Assembly: GCA_000165345.1 (NCBI GenBank)
Contig: CM000429.1
Coordinates: 608,001 to 672,000 of the forward strand
Direction of reading: 5' to 3'
DNA: 64,000 bases
The position numbers and the translations under genes are program-made. Below the pieces are notes generated by a model. It made no database searches, was not told the origin of the DNA, and saw only the letters and a list, made by a program, of their open reading frames with translations. Shown here piece by piece: positions 1-10,700 of this stretch. Each line of letters opens with the position of its first letter. The stretch's first letter is position 1.

Positions 1-1121
1 ATTTCATTAAGCTGAAGTTTGATTAGTTTTATAAACATTAAAATAAGGCATTCCAATTTTGCATTCCACTCTTCCAAATGGACTAACACATAATTATCTA
101 TTAAGAATCTCCCTGCCTCTTGTAAAAGGCTACCTGGAGGAAGATGGAAGGCTACGCCCTCCCATACCAATCTACCTATTTGATGTAAGTATCGATTTTC
201 TAAAATATCTGTATCTCCAGGCCCCTTATTTCCAAATGATACAGAATTAAATTCTGCATCAACACCGACTGAGTTATCAAGCCCCCATTCAAGAGTAAGC
301 ATATTAATTGTGTTGAATAAATTTTCATCTTTTGGATTACAATATTGGAGGATCTTGCTCCTGAGCACATTTGAGTCATAAATTGATCCTACTGCCATTA
401 ATAAAGGCCAGAATGGAATTAGCCACTCCTGTCTATTTAATAAAACTCTGTAAATACATTGATGATCAGACGTTCCGTATAGATAGTTTGCTGTAGAAGT
501 TCCATCGTCTCTTAATGACCTCATTAAAACGGCATATTCCGAGCCAAATGAATCAAAGGTCGCAAACCTTGGACGTTTAAGTCCAATTGGATAATTACAT
601 CTTTGTTGAATTACATACCTAATAACTCTTTCATTACCATTGATAATAAAGTAGCCACCAACCTCATTAGGGTCTTCGCCTTTTTCAACCAATTCCTTTG
701 TACCAAGACCAAATAAATGGCAACTTGAACTCTTAACCATGATTGGAATTGTTCCAGCATAAATACTATGCTTTGAAACAGTATCTAAAGATGAATTATA
801 ACCTTCAAATTCTAGCCATAGTGGAGCACTGTAACTAATATGTCCATTTCTGGCATGCTGAGGAGTCAGCTTTGTACCAGATGATTCAGAATTACCAAAA
901 ATAGGCTTTCCTATTTTTGCAGATGTAACTCCTATTCTAAGGTATTCAGCTGGGCTATAAGCTGCATTTAGCTCGCAATCATCTTGAATAAATCCAGAGT
1001 CCACATAAATCTTGGGTAAATTCTTCACAATATTTTTTAACCCAACAGAAAGGAATGTATTGAATGATTCAATGTGCGGCCAAACTGCAGAAAGTAGTCT
1101 ATCCCGAGTCTGGTACTCCAT
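1..1121 (-). CDS. DNA-directed RNA polymerase second-largest subunit, Pol I type (RPA2/RPA135-like). 5' end complete with ATG at 1121; the 3' end runs off the window at position 1.
   Basis: Reverse-strand translation from 1121 gives MEYQTRDRLLSAVWPHIESFNTFL...CHLFGLGTKELVEKGEDPNEVGGYFIINGNERVIRYVIQQRCNYPIGLKRPRFATFDSFG. The GGYFI(I/V)NG-E(R/K)(V/L)IR block is the subunit-2 protrusion/lobe signature. The HIESFN N-terminus and RPRFA-FDSFG stretch match Pol I RPA135 better than RPB2 or RPC2. It is absent from the ORF track because the ORF is open at the window edge. Confidence 0.6.
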   Translation of the reverse strand, partial: MEYQTRDRLLSAVWPHIESFNTFLSVGLKNIVKNLPKIYVDSGFIQDDCELNAAYSPAEYLRIGVTSAKIGKPIFGNSESSGTKLTPQHARNGHISYSAPLWLEFEGYNSSLDTVSKHSIYAGTIPIMVKSSSCHLFGLGTKELVEKGEDPNEVGGYFIINGNERVIRYVIQQRCNYPIGLKRPRFATFDSFGSEYAVLMRSLRDDGTSTANYLYGTSDHQCIYRVLLNRQEWLIPFWPLLMAVGSIYDSNVLRSKILQYCNPKDENLFNTINMLTLEWGLDNSVGVDAEFNSVSFGNKGPGDTDILENRYLHQIGRLVWEGVAFHLPPGSLLQEAGRFLIDNYVLVHLEEWNAKLECLILMFIKLIKLQLNE

Positions 1122-1576
1122 ATCGTCTATCAAAAACTGAGCTTATAAGCATATATACCTGAATTAAAGCTTTAGAACCAAACTACTGCCCAGATAAGAC
1201 AAACCAATTTTTTTTTCGTTTATGGATTTTTATGCGTTTTTGCCTCTTGTAAATTTGACCTTTAGCACTTTTACCATTTACCGGTTAAAAAGTACTGCGC
1301 GCGCATTTTCGATTTGCAGTCAATTAAAGAATTGGAAAAAAATTATTACTGGAAGAAAAATTTTAAATTTAGGAAGAACTACGTACTCAGTCAACACGCC
1401 TATTCGATTACTATTCTGATTTATTCCATGAAAACTGTATATCAAGCTTAGGCTCACTGAATATTAATTTTTTTTTTCAAGGCTGCCCTCCTAATCTAAG
1501 GCCTATTTTTTCGTCCAAATGGATCATGAAACCTTGATGAACCTGGATTAATTCAGTTTTTGAACATCCTGCTAAA

Positions 1577-2443
1577 ATGAATTATAATGATTATGGGTGC
1601 TTTAAACCATTCATTCTTTCCACTTACAAGAGCTATTTCAATATTTCTCTTGGGAAAGCTCTCCAAATATGGAGTATTATTTGCATCATTTTTAATATAT
1701 TAATTTACCAGATAACTTTCAAGAACCCAAATGGCCTCCCTTTTTTAGTATATACTGCGGATACAACCACTTTCTATTATTATTATTTTACAATGCTTTC
1801 TTCATCCATTTTGGCTTTACTCACCTCCATATTTTCTACAAGAAAGCTTGCAATTTCCTGCTTGTCTTTGACTTTAATCAATCTGATAGCTAACATAGCT
1901 ATGCTGACAAATATGAACTACATTTTTCTTGATAAATCTTCGTTTGGAAATCATTGCATTTTTGAATCCGAGTTTTTCCGAGATTGGAAGAAACCTTTAC
2001 TGCAACAATGTTCTGAAAGCTATTCTAAAATTTGTATATCTAATGAGAAGTTCTATAGCGATCATCTAATTAGAAATTGTGGCATTTTAATACTTGAAGA
2101 CGATTTAAGTTGTGGTAATTTTCAGAAACAACTCATCTCTAATGGTATTATTGATAAATTTGTCAATATTTGTATCAGCCCATCAAAGTACAAATATCAG
2201 GCTTACCTCACAATTTTTGTCACGTATTTGCACTACTTGTTCATTTTAATCACTACTCCAATTGGATTTTCTATTTTGAGAGTAGTTTACTCAATTTATT
2301 GCATTGTTTCTGTTGGAGGTACTGGATGGGAATATTTATCAGCTGAGGAGTTATTGCTTTCACCTCAAGCCGGATTACTAAATGAAAATCCAATTATTCC
2401 TTTCAGATATTCGTTGAATGGCAAAAATTTTTTAAGAGTTTAA
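1577..2443 (+). CDS. Hypothetical multi-pass membrane protein (288 aa).
   Basis: A 288-codon open frame is unlikely by chance in 70% AT DNA. It has several hydrophobic segments and Cys-rich stretches, and no family was recognised. It sits in the divergent intergenic region opposite the Pol I subunit gene. Confidence 0.35.
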   Translation: MNYNDYGCFKPFILSTYKSYFNISLGKALQIWSIICIIFNILIYQITFKNPNGLPFLVYTADTTTFYYYYFTMLSSSILALLTSIFSTRKLAISCLSLTLINLIANIAMLTNMNYIFLDKSSFGNHCIFESEFFRDWKKPLLQQCSESYSKICISNEKFYSDHLIRNCGILILEDDLSCGNFQKQLISNGIIDKFVNICISPSKYKYQAYLTIFVTYLHYLFILITTPIGFSILRVVYSIYCIVSVGGTGWEYLSAEELLLSPQAGLLNENPIIPFRYSLNGKNFLRV

Positions 2444-2572
2444 TTATCATAATTATTATGTATGCTTATCTTACTAATGCATCAGTCTATTAATTAATTT
2501 GCTATATATACTAGACTATGAAATCTTTGTTAAAAAATTTGAGACATAGTTGCCTAAGTTTTTATTTATGTG

Positions 2573-3272
2573 TTAATCAAGCTTCAAGTTTAATGATAAC
2601 TTACCTCCAGGAATAGATCCTGTAATTTCTTCCATAGCTTCTGCATCTAGACTTTCTTGTAACATGGGAAGAATAAATGTAATTCCCAGAGAAACTGCAG
2701 AAATCAAGACTAGAGGGTTTTTCAATAGGGACAATAAGTTTTGAAGTCCACCGTAGTTATCACTTTCTGTTTTTGTCGAGTATAAGGGCTTTATATTCAA
2801 AACATAACTATTTACTATTGCACCTGGTTTTCCTGTTTTAAAATCAAAAACACTCTTTTTACAAACAAGTCTTGTTCCATCCTTAGATTCCTGTTCGGTT
2901 ATTTGTAGAATGTAGGAATCGTATACATATTCTGGTCCCAGAATTCTTAATAGGTATTCTCCTTTTGGTAAATTGTTGCTAAACAATAATTATACATTTT
3001 ATATAAATATGCACAACTTACATTTGAAAATGCCCAGACGAATTGGGATAAATTGGATGTTCTCTCCCGGTCAAATAAATCTGAGTTCTCATTAAAGAAG
3101 ATTCAGGAGCATCTACTTTTCCAAAAATATCCATCTTTTCATCGCAATACACAGTAGAAGTGTAAGAAAGGAATATAAAGCTGATTGAAAAAACAGTGAT
3201 AAGGAAATAATTAAGCTCAGTAGAAACTTACAAAAAGTACAAAAGAATAATTCTTGTCAAATTATTATTCAT
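2573..3272 (-). CDS. EMC7: ER membrane protein complex subunit 7 (EMC7-like), 3 exons: 3272..3232, 3180..3022, 2978..2573.
   Basis: Exon 1 is 41 nt (ATG AAT AAT AAT TTG...) and, spliced to exon 2, encodes a signal peptide MNNNLTRIILLYFFFIFLSYTSTVYC. Introns are 3181..3231 and 2979..3021, both with a GTAAGT donor and YAG acceptor, and the phases are consistent. The mature part GEYLLRILGPEYVYDSYILQI...VLNIKP aligns with the EMC7 beta-sandwich (human [21 protein letters not shown]). One C-terminal transmembrane segment follows. The ORF track shows only the last exon. Confidence 0.6.
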
Positions 3273-3464
3273 TTCAAGAGTGCATAAATTGTGTTTATTA
3301 GTAATTCTTCAAATTTCAATTATTAATTAAAAAAAAAAAAATTTCCCTCCATTTAATTTCCTCACGCTAAAAGAAAAATTTGAGCACATCTTTTATTATT
3401 AGTTCAATATTTAAATCAACTCACAAATATATTTAGTATCATAATATAGTTTTTATATAGATTT

Positions 3465-3896
3465 ATGAGTTCAGGCACGAAAGTTTCTTTTAAAATAATT
3501 CTCGCATCTGATAGAAATAGACCTTACAAGATGTAAGTTATTTATTGTTGATATTTATTGTTAATAAATTGCCAGACTATCAGTACCAGAGGATGCTCCA
3601 TTTACTGCAGTGATTAAGTTTGCATCTGAACAGGTAAGTTTTTTTAAAGGCTCCATTTAGCATAAATTATGATTATTACTCTGAATGGTCAGTTTAAGGT
3701 ATCTTCTGCAACGAGCGCAGTGATAACTTTGGAAGGTGTTGGAATAAATCCAAACAACACTGCAGGACAAATTTTCCTCAAGCATGGGTCAGAGCTACAA
3801 CTAATTCCAAGAGATCGAGTTGGTTGCAGCATCAACTCCAACATTGCTCGCAATACATATGGTAAGGGGAGTCTTTTTTATTCTCCAATTTTTTAA
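3465..3896 (+). CDS. UFM1: Ubiquitin-fold modifier 1 (UFM1) precursor, 3 exons: 3465..3532, 3576..3633, 3693..3896.
   Basis: The spliced product [86 protein letters not shown] matches human UFM1 almost residue for residue ([43 protein letters not shown]...[17 protein letters not shown]). Introns at 3533..3575 and 3634..3692 have GTAAGT donors. The open frame continues 23 codons past the RDRVG maturation site. Confidence 0.8.
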
Positions 3897-4049
3897 AATG
3901 CTTCAAATCCATTGACCTATATATTATGTAATTTGAAAGTGGATATAAATAATGAATAATATATAAAGGGGAGAAAAATTAAAACGCTAAAGTATTTTAA
4001 AACTCTAATTATATATAAATGAAAAAGTTATTTAACCCTATCAATATAT

Positions 4050-4571
4050 TTAGTCGCTCAATTTGCCAGAATTTTCTTTAGACAAGTCATCTAGCAAACT
4101 TTTATATTCTTCTAAATGTTGTTTCATCTGATCTAAAAGTTGATTTTTTTCATTCACCTGCGCCTCTAATTCATCACAAATCTGGTGATAGGTTTGTATT
4201 ATTCTGAGCTTCTCCAATATATGGTTCATATTATTATATATTTTAATTATCTTCTTGACTGATGAAGTATCTACAACTCCCTTTCCTGAATTCTCCAAAA
4301 GTTTGAGTATTTCCATTTGAAACATTTCATTTAACATCATCAACTCCGCTGGCAAGTCAACATTGGATTCATTATACAAGATTGTGTCGCTATCTAACGG
4401 ATGAATTGAAATATCCGAAGAGAGCTGAGAGCCAAAGCAAGTAAAGGGCCCCTCAATGCAGGGAGGTGGCTTTATTTTTGCTACTTTGTCTTCATGATCA
4501 AAGAGACGGAAGTATGGTGGTGGAGGTGGAAAAGATGAAACTATATTTTGTTGGCCATTTGCATTATCCAT
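4050..4571 (-). CDS. MED7: Mediator complex subunit 7 (MED7-like), single exon, 173 aa.
   Basis: The N-terminus FPPPPPYFRLFDHEDKVAKIKPPPCIEGPFTCFGSQL mirrors human MED7 (PPPPMQYIKEYTDEN...APKPPPPIKDSYMMFGNQF). The C-terminus is a coiled-coil, as in MED7. Confidence 0.55.
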   Translation of the reverse strand: MDNANGQQNIVSSFPPPPPYFRLFDHEDKVAKIKPPPCIEGPFTCFGSQLSSDISIHPLDSDTILYNESNVDLPAELMMLNEMFQMEILKLLENSGKGVVDTSSVKKIIKIYNNMNHILEKLRIIQTYHQICDELEAQVNEKNQLLDQMKQHLEEYKSLLDDLSKENSGKLSD

Positions 4572-4799
4572 AGATAAGAATTTTTCGCGAATAATTGCAA
4601 TTGGTCAAATATAATTAATTTTCGAATTTTGGCGCCTAGTCTTTATAATAAACACCAGTTATGAGAATATTTTCTGGAGAAACAGACTTGCTGATAAATG
4701 TAGAGTAGACCAAACTAGTAAACCCTTTGTTTTTAAGCCAAAATAGCCTATTAGTATAAATTAGTCAGTATAGAAACCTAGGTAATCACTATTTAAAAC

Positions 4800-6310
4800 T
4801 TACCTACATGAGTCTAGAATGTATTTTGCTTTGAATCCGTAATTGCTTCTATAATCACTGGTTCCAGTGGACCAGGAAGAAATGGATGCAAGAAAATTAA
4901 AGCACTCTTCTGTATTATCGAAAAGGCCTTCTTGTGTAGCTATTTGATTGAGCATTTCGGCCCCAAGATGCTGTGAAATCAAGCATCTGTGATGGCAACA
5001 GGGGGACATTATTATAATAAGCATAGAACCACTTTTCATCTCTTTAATAGCGCTTTGAGATGATTTAAGACCTAAGTCGAATCCATTTCCGCACAAATGT
5101 TTAGAAATTACAAAAATCTTTAGAATTTTTTTTTTTGCAAAATTGTTAATTATAGTTTCTTCAAGCCTAAAATGCATCAATAAGTACATTTTTATAATGA
5201 TTTCAAGTGCTGAACTTACCTCGAAATATCAGGGCCACCTCCATTTGATAAAGTAGTCAAGATATATTTGAGTTCTTCTTTACTGAGTTGTTCAACTTCT
5301 TCAATTGTCTGAATTTGTTTTCCTGATGAATCATGCATCCATATTTTTTGCTCAAGTAAAGTACTAATAATCCATGGTACATTTCCATTTCCCAAACTTG
5401 AGTACATATGAGCTCTTATTGACTCTTTAGAAATGTCTTCATTGTTGCAAACCAAAATTAGAGAATTAATATCAAACTGTTCAATATCAAGTCTTAATCT
5501 GATGGAAGAAATAGATTCATCAAGCTTTTCCATTTGTTTCCTCCTTGACTCTCTGTCAATTATCACACTTCTAAATTTAGAAGGTTTAATCTTATTTTGA
5601 GGCTTTCCACATTCTTTAATGAACCAATAAGACAAAATTGCATTTCCAGCTCCATACTCTATTATTAAAGAGTTTTCAGCATCAAATAAGAGGTTGTTAT
5701 TTGAATTATTACAAGATATAGAGTTTTCACTATTAATTAGTCTCTTGGTGAATTCTTTGGAAATACTTATAGCTTGTAGTTCATGCCTATTCAAATTTAA
5801 ATTATCAATATCTACCTGTCTTGATTCAAAATGGGGGTTTTTACCAAATTCACGTACACAAAAATCATGAAGTTTATCAACAAATTCCAATCTTTCTTTT
5901 GAAACTATTAATTTTTTCTTGGAATCTGAATGATTGTTTTTATTCGCTTTTCGATTGATTTCTTCTATATGTGAAGTTTCAGTTACTTGTAATTTCTCTC
6001 TAATATTCAACAAGTTGTGAGGAGGCCCATTATTATGCATACAAAATGGCTGATTAAGTTCATATGCAATATCTCTAACTCTAGAGCACTTTCTAATATG
6101 AGATCTTATTTTATTTATAGAAACAAAATGTCTACCATCAATAAAACAAGGAATAATCTTGTTAACTAATTTTTCATGATTCTCATCACAAACTTGATCT
6201 TGTATTCCTTTGTGTAAGTTGCAGAAGTTAGAATCTCCATATCTAGGAAATTTGCAATTTCTAGATTTTGACTTTATAAAAAAAGTGCAAGTTTGTACCT
6301 GAATTTCCAT
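4800..6310 (-). CDS. TRM13: tRNA 2'-O-methyltransferase TRM13 (CCDC76-like), 2 exons: 6310..5220, 5166..4800.
   Basis: The N-terminus carries CCCH/CHHC zinc-finger-like Cys/His spacing (CKFPRYGDSNFCNLHKG; CFIDGRHFVSINKIRSHIRKC). A methyltransferase core (IIEYGAGNAILSYWF) follows. Intron 5167..5219 (GTAAGT...TTTTAG) joins the 364-aa and 129-aa track ORFs in frame (...GPDISR|LEETIINN...CCHHRCL...). Confidence 0.65.
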
Positions 6311-6642
6311 AAAGAGTCAAGATTGACAATTTCTCAAAATATTTCTACCTTAAAAAAAAAATTCTATCAACAACTAATTCAAGGAACTCAGACATGAAAA
6401 TTTTTCAGGTTTGCGTATTTCTGAAGTAACTTATTGTAGTAAAACAAACTTTTTTTTTTGGAATTCGGGAGATCTACCTAATTTCGTTGGCGCCTTCTGC
6501 TAGCCCCTCTTTAAATAATATACCTGTAATATTTGTGTTCATGTTATTAACCAAGTAAATCCGCCACATGTACATTAATAAGGCGAATAGATAAAAGGGA
6601 AATAGGTAAAGGATCAAATAAGTTTGATGGTGGAAAGTAAAG

Positions 6643-7617
6643 ATGCTAAATAGCGATAGAACAGCAGATTTTTTTAATTTCGTAGAAAAGCATGACAGCA
6701 CAAGAAGTGAGGGAAGGATAGGAAATTCTGGGCAATCTAACAGATATTCCAATTCGATCCAGGGTAGCCAATTTAATCTATTGGCATCAGAAATTAGCCA
6801 AGAAATGAATTCTACGTCTTTAAAGATTGAGGAGTTGAATAGAATAGTTAAACAAAAAGGTCTTTTTAGAGATAGAACAAATCAAATACATCAGCTTACT
6901 GAGGATATTAAGACAAGCGTGACAGAACTAAACTCCAGGCTTGAAGTCCTACAGCAACATGCTCAACAAGGCTTTCCATCATCTGGTGGTTATTATCAAA
7001 GCAGCCAACATTATATGACAATGGTAGAAACTTTGAAAGCAAGAATGCTTGATATTACACGAGACTTCAAGGATACACTTCAGAAAAGAACTGAAGTAAT
7101 TCAGCAACAAGATTGGAGAAGGAATCTATATTCATATTCATCAAATTCAAATAATTTATCAGGTTTTGGGAGCTCAATAGGAGATTCAAAAACTTCGTTT
7201 AGTAGCGGAACAAAGTACTCTAAGATGAGTAGAGTTCCTTTTGATATAGAGAGTGGAGAACATGGCATGGATCAAGGAGGGACTGAATTTGAATTTGGAG
7301 CAGCCCAAAGTATGATGCAGCACCAAAATCAGTCCTTTTCATATGCAAGATCTAGAGCAGAAGCTGTAGAGAATGTTCAAAGAATGATTGGTGAGTTGGC
7401 ACAAATCTTCCAGAAAGTTGCAGGAATGGTCACTCAGCAAGAGGAAATGATTCAAAGAATAGATGAAGATATCTCAAATACCTTTTCAAACGTTGAACAT
7501 GGCCATGCAGAGCTTATTAAATACTATAACTATGTGAAATCCAACAGAGGTTTGATCATTAAGCTATTTTTACTATTGATTGCTTTCATCATATTCTATG
7601 TAATCTTCCTAACTTGA
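6643..7617 (+). CDS. Syntaxin 5 / Sed5-type Qa-SNARE (324 aa).
   Basis: It has the N-terminal Sly1-binding peptide MLNSDRTADFF (DRTxxF motif). It has a Qa-SNARE heptad motif (QRMIGELAQIFQKVAGMVTQQEEMIQRIDEDI) and a C-terminal transmembrane anchor (IIKLFLLLIAFIIFYVIFLT). Confidence 0.75.
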   Translation: MLNSDRTADFFNFVEKHDSTRSEGRIGNSGQSNRYSNSIQGSQFNLLASEISQEMNSTSLKIEELNRIVKQKGLFRDRTNQIHQLTEDIKTSVTELNSRLEVLQQHAQQGFPSSGGYYQSSQHYMTMVETLKARMLDITRDFKDTLQKRTEVIQQQDWRRNLYSYSSNSNNLSGFGSSIGDSKTSFSSGTKYSKMSRVPFDIESGEHGMDQGGTEFEFGAAQSMMQHQNQSFSYARSRAEAVENVQRMIGELAQIFQKVAGMVTQQEEMIQRIDEDISNTFSNVEHGHAELIKYYNYVKSNRGLIIKLFLLLIAFIIFYVIFLT

Positions 7618-7715
7618 AAAAGATCTTAATTTAGAATTAAAAAAGAAGAAATAATATATAAATCAATTATAGAATTTTTATGCTAAGTATAAATAAAATA
7701 TATTAAGTTATATAA

Positions 7716-10700
7716 TTAATGCATATTTTTAAGTTGCTCAATTAGAGTTTCTAATTGGTTTACATTGTCAGGTAGTTTTAGTTTTCTTGCAGACTTGAAT
7801 GAATGTAGTTCTTTTAAGACTGATTTCTGCAGATCTATAGGAAAATCAAGGAATAATTCTATAGTATCTCCGCATACAAATCCTCTGGGAGTTCCTGAAC
7901 AATCATATTCAAAGTTATAACTTTCTTTCGTACTATTTAATTCCCATCTTAATGGTAGGTAATCCTTCCCACAAAGAACTCCCACTACTCCTGTAAATAT
8001 AGAAGAGTTGGAGTTTCTTATAAATAACTTCTTCAAGTCTGAATCCCTTAAATTGTATACCTTATTTCTTAATTTTATGTCCATATTACTATTTTTTAAA
8101 GCATGAATGATTGCTTCTTCAATCAATACTAACTGAGAGAAAAATTTTGGATCATCTTTAATACTGAATAAAAGGTAGATTCCTCCTTGAGAGCTCCCAA
8201 AAGCTATTTGTTCATCAAACATTAGTTTCCCAGGACTTTCTTCCATGCAATCTTGTCCACCTGTGCACTTTCTCGTTTCAGGATATGCCTGAGTAAATTT
8301 CCCTTGTTGAAAGGTGGTTATTGATTCCCCAACATGAAGATGAGCAATACATGACAAGCTAGTATAAGTTTCATCATTTTCTGGGTTTAAAGTTCGCATA
8401 AGGACTCTCAAATTTCGATTCTCATCAGAAATTAAGTACATATCCTTTGATAGGAATATTCCCTCTACTACCCAAGCTATGGAGTTATCTCTACAAACTT
8501 CGTGAAATTTACCAGTATATCTATCAAACTCCCAAAGTCCAACTGATCTCATCAGATCTCCAACAAGGATATATTCTCCATTCAAAATTTTAATAAACAC
8601 TATCATTGTATGAGTACAATAAGTTTCTTTCCTTTTAAGTTCAATACTTGTCAATTCAAGATCCATTTCTGTGTTCATCCAAATATCAGATGAGCTCGAA
8701 GAGCTTGAACTAGAAGAATCTGCTAAATTTTTGGAAATGTGAAGTTCCAGGCAAATTAGTGAATTCTCAATAGAAATTAGTAATTGAGACATTTTGAATT
8801 CTTTTATTACAAATGGAGCAACTTCAGTCTCATATACGGCAGACTCTAATAGAGTATATGAATAATGTTTGTTGATAATTGAATAAAGCGTAATTTTTCC
8901 GAAACTCTCGGTTCCCATATTTGAGTTCGAATTTGAATCAATATTTGATTCAACTTTACTGGTACCAATGGCCAAGAAGGATCTAACATCATTTTCATCA
9001 TTGGAAGCACGCAAAGTTACATATTCCAAACATGTTGGGTACGTATTGGTTTCTAAAAATTTGCAATAGTGAATCTTCATATCTTTTGCTGATATGAGGC
9101 AAATTACTGATTGTATAAATGTTAATTCATTTTCTTTGATAGAATCTTTTTCATTATTTTCAATCATTTCAGATTCCAAAATAGGCTCGAGTATTGTGGA
9201 TCTACCCTTATATCTTTCCTTAACTCCGGCTACTGCATACATATTGAGATCCTTAATAAAACAAACCTTTTCTGGAGTAAATTCAAGAGGGATGCTCCTA
9301 CAATTGTACCTCTGAAGAGTGTCTACAAGTCCAATTTTTATTAAAGCTTGTTGGCTTGTTTTTCTTGATATTTGGATTCCACCCAATTTCTCAGGATCTT
9401 GATTTGCCAAGTTATCAATATGAATTTCATTGGCGGCTTTTTCTTCATGAGTTATATACAAAATACATGTCTTGGTTGCATAATTATCTTTTTTGGTTAA
9501 TTCTTGTTTTAGTAGAGGGCTTGGAGGTATTCTAATTTGGCATAGGAAAGGAATCCATGATGAATGTATGTTAAAGAAGCTCCATACACCAAGCCCGTGT
9601 TTTCCTTTACCAGAGTTATAGCTCCAAAACAAGACTTTAGGTTGTTCACAACAAATGAAAAAATGTCTATTTAAGCTTTCAGAAATTTCCATCTCGTAGA
9701 TTTCAGAAATAAAGCTATTGGAGATTTTCCATGTATTATAATGGTTAAATCTACAATTGTCCTTTAATTCGACCTTTTCTTGTCCATTTCTCATTAAATT
9801 TCTTATTGAATCTTTGGAAATATATTGCAATTGCAAGTACCCGTTATTTGTGCCAACTATTAGTCCAATAAATTCTTCTGTATGTTTTTGATTCTGTGTT
9901 TCAATCATCCTTTCTAGCTCAAAGACCTTTAAAGAGGTAACCATAGTCTCATATTCTCGAAATTCAGTTTCAATATTCAATAAAAGTTCAAAATTTGGGA
10001 TTTTTCCAGTTTCCTGCTTATTGTAGTAAATACAACTTAATTTACTTCCATTCATCCATGTCCCTAAGATGATAAGTATATAGTTGTCTATAGAAAAGAG
10101 TCCCATAATACAAACTTCATCCATTGTATTCGAAATTGAATTATTTAGTATATTCTTTTCATTATTCAAATCTTTACTTTCTTCTGATAAGTGATTGATT
10201 CGCAAGTCCTCGGAGATTAGTTCAAAAAGTTCAGTTTTAGTTCTGAAATAAATCAAGCTAAGAACACTTTCATCATCAAACCTATACAATAACAATAATC
10301 CAGTGCCTGTACAGATGACAACAACTTCGTTTTTTTCACAAAAATCAAACTTCTCAATATATTCCAAACTAGAATCAGCAATAGGAGGAAGATTATCTTT
10401 TAGCAACCATTTTTTATGATGATCATTCGTCTCTCCTGTGGGGAACAATCCTGAAGGAGTTACTTGATAGGAGTAATTGCCTCTAAAAGTACAAACTTTG
10501 ATTGTTTCTTCATCTTTCACAAGCCCCCATAGTTCGCACTTTTCGAAGTTAATAAAACATTTCTTAGGAGAAACAGGACTTGAATTTTTCCCTTTTGGTT
10601 GGTTGGGATTTTCTTTATTAAAGCCATCAACAGAATCCATTACTTTACAATCATCTTTGCCTTTCTCATAACTCCATGCTATTTTGTAGCAATAAGAATG

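Noticed and set aside
59-250. 63-aa plus-strand ORF at the window start
   Set aside because: It lies antisense inside the well-supported Pol I subunit-2 coding region and has no family signal.
6474-6752. 92-aa minus-strand ORF overlapping the syntaxin 5 start
   Set aside because: It overlaps the syntaxin 5 N-terminus and promoter, with a hydrophobic low-complexity translation. It is probably a chance ORF.
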